Shown here: positions 30,224 through 38,321 of the stretch, piece after piece
Position numbering within the stretch: position 1 is the stretch's first letter
Layout of the letters: each line of letters begins with the position of its first letter
DNA from: Candidatus Multivoradales bacterium
Lineage (GTDB): Bacteria > Acidobacteriota > Thermoanaerobaculia > Multivoradales > JAHEKO01
Direction: 5' to 3'
Assembly (NCBI GenBank): GCA_965248055.1
Contig: CBDFIJ010000004.1
Coordinates: 1,408,001-1,472,000, forward strand
Length of the DNA stretch: 64,000 bases
Notes under the pieces: generated by a model
Databases searched by the model: none
What the model was told of the DNA's origin: nothing
What the model saw: the letters and a program-made list of their open reading frames with translations, nothing else
Position numbers and translations under genes: made by a program

Positions 30224-30504
30224 GGCGTAGGCTGTTTATTGCCCCTGTCACGCGCTTCTCGAAACTTGGCGCGGACTTGCCCCGTTTGTACCGCCATGAC
30301 GATGGCTTGCACAGCACCGATTTCCTCATCACTAATCCCGATTTCTTTGGCGACCCCAAAGTAGCTGTCCATTCACGGATAGCAACCACTGGCCATGGCG
30401 CTGGCCAAGTGCAGCATGACGGTGGTTCGCTCGTCGAGGTGTTGATTGTGGCGAGCGCTCCGGTAGAAAGCCCCCCACGCCCTTCTCTGTTCCTTGGGTA
30501 ACAT
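30220..30504 (-). CDS. CMD/AhpD-like selenoprotein (CxxU, Sec44)
   Basis: GGAGG RBS, ATG at 30504, LDERTTVMLHLASAMASGCYP-TGA-MDSYFGVAKEIGISDEEI... to TAG at 30222-30220. The CMD-like pattern continues across the TGA and a SECIS follows it. Confidence 0.85.
30345..30361 (-). promoter_or_regulatory. Bacterial SECIS element
   Basis: CUUUGG-GGUCG-CCAAAG 17-nt hairpin starting exactly 11 nt 3' of the UGA; G-first apical loop containing GGUC. Confidence 0.8.
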
Positions 30505-30530
30505 TGAGTCCTCCGTTGCTGGTTGGCTGG

Positions 30531-31526
30531 CTAGCTCGGAATCAAGTATTGAAATCCGTACCCGATACCGATCACACCAGCGGTGAAAACAAGCACGATT
30601 TCCAGCAGTAGGCGTCGAGGAAGAATACGCGACAACATGATTCCCTCGGGCAAGCTGAACCCGGATGAGGCCATTAAGAAAGCAGTCACAGCACCCACGC
30701 TCGCTCCTTTGGCGAGCAAACCGGTGCTTAAGGGCATTAACACCACAATACTGGCGTAGACCGGCACCCCAAACGCGGCAGCAGCCGGAATCGCGAACAG
30801 TGAATCGGGTCCGATCACCCGGCTCAAGGCCTGGGCTGGTAGGTAGTCGTGGATCAAAGCACCGATACCGACCGCGACCAGCAGTGGCCAAGCCAATTTA
30901 CGGAGGTCAACAAAACTCCGTTGAAACGCATTCCTAAACTCAGTCGCGAGGCGACGAGCCCTGGCTTGAATCGACAGTCGCGCGACCAGTGGAGCCCTAC
31001 CGTCCCGGTTGACCTCGGCGATCGGCGCAGTATCGCAAACGGCATCGCAAGCGACATCGCAGTCAGTCTCGGTCGTCTGCGCCAGCTCGTCGCTTGCCGT
31101 TCTATTTCGACCGATGAACCATCCACCGGCAGCCGCCAGGGTCATTCCAGCGGCGCTGTAGAGCAGTGAATATCCCCATCCAAAGTACCGACCCAGAAGG
31201 GCTATCGCCACCGGGCTCACCAGCGGTGAGGCGACCAAGAAGGCAACCAGAGTTGATGTCGGTACTCCGGAACGCAGCAAGCCATTGGCCAACGGAACCG
31301 TCGAGCAAGAGCAAAAGGGCGTCACCGCGCCCAAGATAGTCGCCAACGGCACTCCCAACCAACCAGATCGGCTTCCCAGCCAACGACGAAGTCGCTCCGG
31401 GGTCAGGCGGTCAGTCAGTAGGTAAACCAGAGTACTCACCACCAAGAACAAAGGGATCAACTCAGCAGTGAGCCGCAGGGCAAACCCTAAGGAGTTAAGA
31501 AGTACAGCACTGGTTATTTCATTCAT
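30531..31526 (-). CDS. ArsP-like (DUF318) permease
   Basis: TPFCSCSTVP, FLVASPLVSP, GFSLPE; central Cys-rich loop DCDVACDAVCD. Confidence 0.9.
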   Translation of the reverse strand: MNEITSAVLLNSLGFALRLTAELIPLFLVVSTLVYLLTDRLTPERLRRWLGSRSGWLGVPLATILGAVTPFCSCSTVPLANGLLRSGVPTSTLVAFLVASPLVSPVAIALLGRYFGWGYSLLYSAAGMTLAAAGGWFIGRNRTASDELAQTTETDCDVACDAVCDTAPIAEVNRDGRAPLVARLSIQARARRLATEFRNAFQRSFVDLRKLAWPLLVAVGIGALIHDYLPAQALSRVIGPDSLFAIPAAAAFGVPVYASIVVLMPLSTGLLAKGASVGAVTAFLMASSGFSLPEGIMLSRILPRRLLLEIVLVFTAGVIGIGYGFQYLIPS

Positions 31527-31564
31527 CGCATATTTACGATAACTAAAGCTTCAACCACTGTCAA
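31525..31564 (-). promoter_or_regulatory. Sigma70 promoter with ATCG-N8-CGAT operator of the permease-selenoprotein operon
   Basis: TTGACA (31564-59), 17 nt, TATCGT (31541-36), 9 nt, ATG; palindrome ATCGTAAATATGCGAT at 31540-31525. Confidence 0.8.
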
Positions 31565-31628
31565 CAGCTCCCTCTGAGTTTCTCTGGATTCCTACCGAGC
31601 TAGGGGTTCGTTACCTGGAGTCAGTGCC

Positions 31629-32603
31629 TTAGAAATCTGTGATCTGGGAATCCGTAATCCGGGAACCTGTGATCTGGGAACCTGCGGCCGCTGCGCTAAC
31701 CGTCTTTTCCATGATTTCATCCTTGCCGCCCATGCCGTAGATCACAATCTGGCTGCCCTCTTCGCGACCCAGCCGTTCCAGGACATTCAGGCGGTACATC
31801 TCCATCGCCCTGGAACTGAGAAGCTCAGAAGCTTCTTGCAGCTTGCCGGCGATCGCTTTCTCTGCGTCGGCCTCGGCGATCTTGGCCTGAGCAGAACGTC
31901 GGGACTGGGCCAAGACGCTGAGTTCTTGAATCAGATCGGGTGGCACGTGAACATCGGTGATCTCGACCGACGAGACATCGATACCGAAAGAAGATGCGGC
32001 CTCATCAATGATGGTTTTCAAACGCTCGGAGACGGTCTCTCGTTCACCCAGGAGATCGGTGAGCTCCATGGTGCCAATGGTGTCTTTCATGGCGCTGTTG
32101 GCGGCTTGAAACACCGCCTCCCGGTAGTCCTTAACCCGCAGAGCCGCGCGCTCAGGATCTTCTACCCGCATGAAAATCACCGCCTCACAACCCACCGGCA
32201 CGTTGTCCTTAGTCAGGGTCTCAGCCGCAGTAATCACCCGGGTTTGTATCCGATTATCAAGAATTGCCGCCACTGACTGGTAGAACGGCGGATAAGGAAT
32301 CACCCAGAACAGCCCTGGCCCCTTGACGCCGACGAACTTTCCCAGCTTGAGGATCACAACCCGTTCGTACTCAGGGATGACGTAGAGGGAACGACTGGCA
32401 ACGCGTGCCAAGACCAAGGAGAACAGACCCCCTATAGCCAAAACTGGAATAGCAAAAACCGAACCGAACAGTCCCAGCGCAAAGACGACCGCCAGCAGCA
32501 ACCCGCCCAATACCGCGAGGGTGCCAAAGAACACGAACGAACGCAGAACTGTCTGAACTGTATTGAGACTCCGATTGTTCGAAGTTACGCTTTGACTGGC
32601 CAT
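31629..32603 (-). CDS. SPFH/Band 7 (stomatin-like) protein
   Basis: IPEYERVVILKLGK...GPGL, TLTKDNVPV, VEITDV; N-terminal TM helices. Confidence 0.92.
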   Translation of the reverse strand: MASQSVTSNNRSLNTVQTVLRSFVFFGTLAVLGGLLLAVVFALGLFGSVFAIPVLAIGGLFSLVLARVASRSLYVIPEYERVVILKLGKFVGVKGPGLFWVIPYPPFYQSVAAILDNRIQTRVITAAETLTKDNVPVGCEAVIFMRVEDPERAALRVKDYREAVFQAANSAMKDTIGTMELTDLLGERETVSERLKTIIDEAASSFGIDVSSVEITDVHVPPDLIQELSVLAQSRRSAQAKIAEADAEKAIAGKLQEASELLSSRAMEMYRLNVLERLGREEGSQIVIYGMGGKDEIMEKTVSAAAAGSQITGSRITDSQITDF

Positions 32604-32735
32604 GCTTACCCCCATTACTGCGCCTCACTAAGAGGCAAGCGGCAACTACCCAGATCGTAGCACGGCGATTGACACGGCGGTTTGCCAAAGCAGCGTCGTC
32701 GAGAGCCGTCTAGCGCTGCGACGGCAACTAGGCGA

Positions 32736-33092
32736 CTAGCTTTGATCTCGCGCCAAGAGCAAGGTCAATAACGCGAACGTAGCGAAGGTTGTTAGCCCCA
32801 AGACAAACGAATGCTTGCTTATCATTGCGATCCGTCGGCCACGGCCTGTCGCCCAAGTTTGATCTCCATTCAATTGGCTGCGAATAATTGCTGAAATGGA
32901 TTGCAGGCCAGCGAGCACCGCACCGATCAGAAAAAGCCAACTCATTACGAGCAGAGCCAGTTGTCCTAGGTTTGAGATCGAGAACTGCTGAATAAACGTA
33001 GCACTCAGGACCAAGACGCCGGAAGCCAAAGTGATGATTTGCTTCACCAGTTCCAGCGCCGTTGCTGAAGGACTTTCTGTACTGCTCACCAT
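32736..33092 (-). CDS. Three-TM hypothetical membrane protein
   Basis: KQIITLASGVLVLSATF...; ATG 2 nt after the methyltransferase stop. Confidence 0.7.
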   Translation of the reverse strand: MVSSTESPSATALELVKQIITLASGVLVLSATFIQQFSISNLGQLALLVMSWLFLIGAVLAGLQSISAIIRSQLNGDQTWATGRGRRIAMISKHSFVLGLTTFATFALLTLLLARDQS

Positions 33093-33094
33093 TG

Positions 33095-33805
33095 CTATGG
33101 CCACACCGCGGGTTTCCAGTACAAGAAGACCTGCTCAGTTCCACGGGCGCTCAACGAACGAATCCGTTCCAACCCGGCGGATTTGAAAAGGGCATGCGTC
33201 TCCGCCGTCGCGAACTCTCGATAGAAAGAGTGCCGAGGCCACGCCGGCCGCGTATAGTAGCCATCCGACACCCGATACCGCCTCATTGCTTCTGTCATTT
33301 GGCCATAACGAGACATGTAGAGCAGACAACCGCCCTTCTTGAGTCGACTGGTAACGGTTTTCACCACGACTTTGCGATCCTCAGGACGGGGCATGGTTTG
33401 TAACACAAAGCAAAGAAGCACCGCATCAAATTTTCTTCTTTTGTCGCGGAAACACTCACGCCGCCAATGTCGACCGAAGAACTTTTCCGGCGAGACAAGG
33501 GCGGTGAAGTTGGAACTATTTCTTGCTCGGCGAATTGCTTCTTTGTTCTTGGGCCGCTCGAAAGCGTTGGGGAATTCGACCGCACACACCTGAAAGCTTC
33601 GACGCAACAACGGAAACGTGTGGCGTAGACCCCCAGCGCCGAAATCCAGAACCTGCTCCAAGCCTCGTTTGCGCCACTCCGGTATCACCGTGTCGACAAC
33701 AACCTTATGCGGCGGTAGGGAAGCTGAGATGGAGGTAGTTACGTCAATGACCACCGGCTCTGCGTCCGAACCAAATTTATAGATAGGGCTTTTCCATTTT
33801 TTCAC
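33095..33805 (-). CDS. Class I SAM-dependent methyltransferase, strongly basic
   Basis: Motif I VLDFGAGGLRH, FDAVLLCFVL, RLKKGG; GAGGAG RBS before GTG. Confidence 0.82.
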   Translation of the reverse strand: MKKWKSPIYKFGSDAEPVVIDVTTSISASLPPHKVVVDTVIPEWRKRGLEQVLDFGAGGLRHTFPLLRRSFQVCAVEFPNAFERPKNKEAIRRARNSSNFTALVSPEKFFGRHWRRECFRDKRRKFDAVLLCFVLQTMPRPEDRKVVVKTVTSRLKKGGCLLYMSRYGQMTEAMRRYRVSDGYYTRPAWPRHSFYREFATAETHALFKSAGLERIRSLSARGTEQVFLYWKPAVWP

Positions 33806-34280
33806 CAGAACTCCTCGTTGCTCGTTTTCATACAGGTCCGATCGCGGGGACGGAATAGATAGGTTGGGTCAACGAGCCCGTCCCAAGGAGATAGCAGCCC
33901 AAACTCACTGTCGACTTCCCAAACTCGACGCTGGTTCAACGCATTTCTCATGGATAGAAACAAAGTCGTTCTCATAGCCTATCCAAATAGACCCGAGTAG
34001 CAGCACCCGGAAAATGAGTGCCGTTGCTGAAGCCCAGACCGCCATCGATCCAAGCAACCACTTCTATACTCCGAACCCTAGGCATCAGCCTTTTCCGTAT
34101 TTCAGGATCTTAGCATCAGAATCTACGAATTAAACCCTCCCCCGACGCAATCACTGACCCAAGCGTCGGGAGAGCACTGGTTGAAATCATCGCCACAAAG
34201 TAAAAATGGCTCCGAAACAACCTGGGGGAACCAACCTTCGGAGAATAGACGTCGCCCAGACGTGTCACCTACATCGAGCA

Positions 34281-34310
34281 CAAAAAAAGGGCGCTAACGC
34301 GCCCCTTTTG
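34281..34310 (-). terminator. Rho-independent terminator of the Rieske/cytochrome b locus
   Basis: Minus strand GGGCGC-GUUA-GCGCCC followed by U7, about 20 nt after the stop at 34333. Confidence 0.85.
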
Positions 34311-34332
34311 CGATCAATCTGGAAGCTGCTCG

Positions 34333-35100
34333 CTAGGCAGCCGGCGAGTAATCGAAAGACGCCTCGGACGCACCATCGGCAGTGATGGTTACGGTCTGGG
34401 TCTGAGGACCAAACTCCTCGTGCCAGGCTTCGATGGTGTACTCGCCCACCGGTAGCCCTTCAATCGAGAATGTCCCATCCGCACTGGTAACGGCGTAGAA
34501 CGGATGATCAAGGACAGCAATGTAGGAACTCATCCAGGGATGCACGTCGCACTTGAACGGCACCATAACCTCCACCTGTTCGAAGACCTTCTTGGTCTCC
34601 ATACCCTGAACTGGCTGACCCTGGTTGAACTCTTGGTTGTGCTCGGGCATCGCGTGGACGTTGTGCAGGGTTGCGTCGCTGTTGCGAATAACCAGCGTCT
34701 GACCAACCTGAATGCCAGCAACGTGCGGGCTGTACTGGCAGCCGATCTGGTCCAACATCTTCTTGTCCGTTGGCGCGGTGTAGGTTCCGGTTAGGCCGTC
34801 TTTGACGTAAACAAAGACGTTACCCAAGTGACCGTCCTCTGACAGCAGCACCGACTCGGTGTGAACATCGCCCTCGTGCAAGCTCGAGCACGCTGGATCT
34901 GCATCCATGTTGATGGTGGTATCTGGGTCACCGTTGGAATACATCGCCATTCCCGTCAAGCTTCCTGTGGGCCCACTGGCGGCAGCCACAACTGGCTCCG
35001 GATCGGTGGCCGCGGCTGATTCGGTGTGGGTGTCACCACCGCCGCCGCAAGCAGCAACGACCGCAGCACCGGCAATCAATATCAAAAATTTCTTCATCAT
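34333..35100 (-). CDS. Lipoprotein with cupredoxin-like and carboxypeptidase-regulatory-like domains
   Basis: Lipobox VAAC; LDQIGCQYSPH, HNVH, CDVHPWM, YTIEAWHE. Confidence 0.8.
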   Translation of the reverse strand: MMKKFLILIAGAAVVAACGGGGDTHTESAAATDPEPVVAAASGPTGSLTGMAMYSNGDPDTTINMDADPACSSLHEGDVHTESVLLSEDGHLGNVFVYVKDGLTGTYTAPTDKKMLDQIGCQYSPHVAGIQVGQTLVIRNSDATLHNVHAMPEHNQEFNQGQPVQGMETKKVFEQVEVMVPFKCDVHPWMSSYIAVLDHPFYAVTSADGTFSIEGLPVGEYTIEAWHEEFGPQTQTVTITADGASEASFDYSPAA

Positions 35101-35204
35101 TTTCTCCTTGATGGGTGAGGCGGGGTTAGTCCCATCGTCAAGCTTCCATTGAGTCCCAAGAGACTCGTGCTGGTGTTAGACCGAACGCGCTAGCGGCCCC
35201 GCGG

Positions 35205-38123
35205 CTATCGAAGCGTCCAGATGTAATCTCTTAGCGCCGCAGTGACCTCGGAGACATCTCCCAGGTACTCCCGCAACTCGTCCTCAGTGTCAAAGTATCG
35301 CATGAGTTGCTGCTTTTGAGCAGCATAAGTTGGCGAGTCAATCGCCGCGCCAAACGGGCTTTGAAAGTTGCCATCCGCATCTTGGCTAAAAAAAGTCGGC
35401 ATGCGCGTGCCCGGCACCCATTTTTGTGGATCGGTAATCCAATCCGCAATCCAGTCGTGGCGAAGCCGTTCTGGGGCCAGCAACAAAGACGGCGCCAAGT
35501 CAGCCGCACTAGCCCCGCCGGTTACCGGACTAGCTGGGTGACAGCGAGCGCACTGCATCATTCCAAACATCACTTCACCGACCGCCAAATCCTTCGCACT
35601 GGCTTCGCCCTTAGAAGAGATAAATTGGGTGCGATGGTCTTGCTCGGTGAAGTAACCCAACAAAGTGTTGACCTCATCATCCTCAAAACCGAAAGTCGGC
35701 ATGCGCACTGAAAGCCACGGCCGCATGCTCTCGCTGGATGGGTCGTGGAGGTAGTCAAATAACCATTTAGGCTGTACTCGAGCCCCCTGAGACGCCAGGT
35801 TAGGTGGCAACATGCCCTGATCTTCGATCGAGGTGCGAATGGCGTGTCCTTGACCCTCGATCAGATGGCAGCCTTGACAGTTGTATTTGGTCATCAAGTT
35901 GCGTCCGGCTGACAGAGCTTCGCCCCGTCCGCCCTGATCGGATTTGCGTTCCGCGGTCGCCGATTGCTCGGTGAAACCCATGACGTTGACCAAGACCGCC
36001 TCGGCCTCTCGTTCACTCATGCCGAAGTTCGGCATCTTGTAGAGCTCGTGGTAACTCTTAACCGTTTCCTTTCCGCGATCCCAGATCCGTGGCCTAAGCA
36101 GCTTGGTGCGGATCCAGTCGTAGCGGGTATGCGGCACATCGTGGACGTGGCCGAAATCGAACTGATGGAGCGACTTGGAGCCTTCAGTGGTCAACTCCAC
36201 GCCGATCGGTTTGGCGTCCAAGAACTCGTTCAACTCGTGACAAGAATGACAGCCATATTTTTCAATCGTCATTTCGCCGAGGTACACGTCACGCTCGGAA
36301 TCGGCCATCGCTTCCAAGGTCTTTTGGCTCTGTTCAATGGTCTGCGAACTCTGCAGATAGCCGCGCACCAACTCGTCGCGAAGTGCGCCATCCACCGCTG
36401 GGACTTGCAAATTCTCGTATTCTGGCTTGCGCGATCCCATCAAATAAGCGGTGATATCTGCCGCCTCGTTATTGGTCAAACGCAAGCTCGGCATGAGAGT
36501 GGTCACCGAGTGCTGCTTGGGACTCTTGACCCAGGCGTAGAGCCAGCCAGCATCAACCTTGCTACCGGTTCCAATCAAGTTGGGCCCATGCAGACGGTTG
36601 ACCGTCGGGAAAAACTGATCGCGGGTGGCTTCGGCGTCCAACAAATGGCAACCAGTGCAACCAATCGAGGTAAACAACTGCTCGCCTTGGGCTGGGTCAC
36701 CAGCCGGTGGATCTGGATAGTCCTGGGTGCCGGATTTGTCCCACAGGTAGGAGACGATCGACGAAACCTCGATCCGCTGCCGCTCTAGGTTGTCCTCGCC
36801 AACAACATTTTCCTCGAAGAAAAAATGTGGCATCCAGGTCGAAGGTCTAAATTCGCGCGGTGCCTCGATCCACCGATAGGCCCAGCCGGGGTTGGTCTTG
36901 GCCGCTACTCGATCGAGACTCGGTCCGGGTGGAGGTAAATCGCGGAAAGCAGGGTAGTCAATTTCATGGCAGCGGAAACAGCCCATGCGACCGATCAATT
37001 GACGGCCAGCGTCTAAAGACTGACTGTCCGTGGTCCAGGAACCGTCGGCGTGACAAGAAATACAACGAGCCTCAGAGAGGCTTGCTGGAAGGATCGGAGA
37101 CTCCAAGTAGTGCTGTGCCTCCCAGTCGTACTCCTTCTCCCAGCGTTCCCGCTGCTCACCGTCAACCGGGCTGTGACCGGCGCGGGAAAAATCAGTGGCA
37201 CGATCCAACCCAGAATGACACGAGGTACAGCCAAACTCACTGTAGGGATGCGGTGACGCATCGCCGACAAACAGGTCCAGACGAGGGTGAGTCTGGAAAG
37301 GAACGGGCCACTCTTCGCCAACAAAGTTAGGGCGATTGGCCGCAACGTGGCAGGTCATACAGCGGTCAACCCGGTCGATATTGGTGAAGTTGATGTTCTG
37401 GTAGAGACCGGGGAGGACCACCTGATTGATCCGAATGTCGGGTTCAATAAAGTCCATGAACGGAAAGTTCAGCAGCAGATAGCGGCTGTCTTTCTTGAGT
37501 GCGTCAGCGCGATCTTGAAGCGAGGTCACTCCTTGATTGAGCGCGGCCAATTTGGCTTCGGCGCCAACGCGACCGGCGAGCAGAGAATTAAGCTCTTGTT
37601 CCTTGCGACCGCGCTCAGTACGACGTGTCTCAAGCTCAATCATTTCCTCGTTGAGTTGGGCCGAGAGTTGCTCAAACCGCTCGCGAGCTTCCTGGATTCC
37701 CTCTTCGGCTCCGTACTGCACCGCTTGATCGACCCGATACTTGGCGGTGTCCAGATAAGACTTGGTGCTGCGCTGCGCCGCGTCAGCAACGTAGATCCTC
37801 TTGTCTATATCCGACAGCCGGTCGCTAAGATCGTCGACTTGATCGGCTCGGGTCGCTAACTCTTGCTCCGAAATGTCGATCTCACCCTGCAGTTGGGTGA
37901 GCTCGGTCCCGTTGATTCGGGTCCGCTCTTGTTCCGCCTGATTTGCCAGTTGTTGGCGTTCCAGACTACGAAAGCGAGCTTGGAAACGCTTCCACGGCTT
38001 GTTGTAGTCGTCCAGGACCATCCAGGCGGTGGTCGCTAGCAAAGCCAGTGAAGCAATCGCAAAGACGATATTCAGCTTGTGGAAACTGTAAAACCGATCC
38101 GGTTTCTTGCTTGGCACACCCAT
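35205..38123 (-). CDS. Membrane-anchored octaheme cytochrome c with coiled-coil stalk
   Basis: Eight CxxCH motifs (CMTCH, CTSCH, CISCH, CFRCH, CTGCH, CHSCH, CQGCH, CARCH); one N-terminal TM, then a long coiled coil. Confidence 0.9.
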   Translation of the reverse strand: MGVPSKKPDRFYSFHKLNIVFAIASLALLATTAWMVLDDYNKPWKRFQARFRSLERQQLANQAEQERTRINGTELTQLQGEIDISEQELATRADQVDDLSDRLSDIDKRIYVADAAQRSTKSYLDTAKYRVDQAVQYGAEEGIQEARERFEQLSAQLNEEMIELETRRTERGRKEQELNSLLAGRVGAEAKLAALNQGVTSLQDRADALKKDSRYLLLNFPFMDFIEPDIRINQVVLPGLYQNINFTNIDRVDRCMTCHVAANRPNFVGEEWPVPFQTHPRLDLFVGDASPHPYSEFGCTSCHSGLDRATDFSRAGHSPVDGEQRERWEKEYDWEAQHYLESPILPASLSEARCISCHADGSWTTDSQSLDAGRQLIGRMGCFRCHEIDYPAFRDLPPPGPSLDRVAAKTNPGWAYRWIEAPREFRPSTWMPHFFFEENVVGEDNLERQRIEVSSIVSYLWDKSGTQDYPDPPAGDPAQGEQLFTSIGCTGCHLLDAEATRDQFFPTVNRLHGPNLIGTGSKVDAGWLYAWVKSPKQHSVTTLMPSLRLTNNEAADITAYLMGSRKPEYENLQVPAVDGALRDELVRGYLQSSQTIEQSQKTLEAMADSERDVYLGEMTIEKYGCHSCHELNEFLDAKPIGVELTTEGSKSLHQFDFGHVHDVPHTRYDWIRTKLLRPRIWDRGKETVKSYHELYKMPNFGMSEREAEAVLVNVMGFTEQSATAERKSDQGGRGEALSAGRNLMTKYNCQGCHLIEGQGHAIRTSIEDQGMLPPNLASQGARVQPKWLFDYLHDPSSESMRPWLSVRMPTFGFEDDEVNTLLGYFTEQDHRTQFISSKGEASAKDLAVGEVMFGMMQCARCHPASPVTGGASAADLAPSLLLAPERLRHDWIADWITDPQKWVPGTRMPTFFSQDADGNFQSPFGAAIDSPTYAAQKQQLMRYFDTEDELREYLGDVSEVTAALRDYIWTLR

Positions 38124-38124
38124 A

Positions 38125-38321
38125 CTAGAAATCAATCCTGCTCGTCGAAGAGCGAAAGCGCGAAGTGTCTGTCAGATCGGAGATACCGCAGCGACGAGCG
38201 CCACAAGCGTACATGCAGTACGTGACGGACGCGAGGAGCGAGAACCCAGGGTTCCCAGGCCGTTCCCCCGCCCGGGCGGGGGCAGCGAGATGGCGGGCAA
38301 TTCGAGTTTGCAGCGATGCCA
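38125..38321. repeat. Diverged relative of the MITE-like element (shared core, no clear TIRs)
   Basis: About 38163-38246 aligns with the cores of the 39441 and 48198 elements; hairpin CGTAC-N5-GTACG; extra GC palindrome CCCCGCCCGGGCGGGG. Confidence 0.7.

Noticed and set aside
30220-30504. Pseudogene (nonsense mutation) reading of the CMD gene
   Set aside because: The TGA falls at the redox Cys position and is followed by a correctly spaced SECIS-like hairpin. Recoding is more parsimonious, pending confirmation of sel genes.
30373-30891. 172-aa minus-strand ORF in the track ending ...GCYP
   Set aside because: Its upstream part overlaps the permease in another frame. Only the part from ATG 30504 is credible, and it continues through the TGA.
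31632-31680. 15-bp imperfect tandem repeat encoding SQITG/SRITD/SQITD
   Set aside because: Low-complexity C-terminal tail of the SPFH protein, likely slippage.
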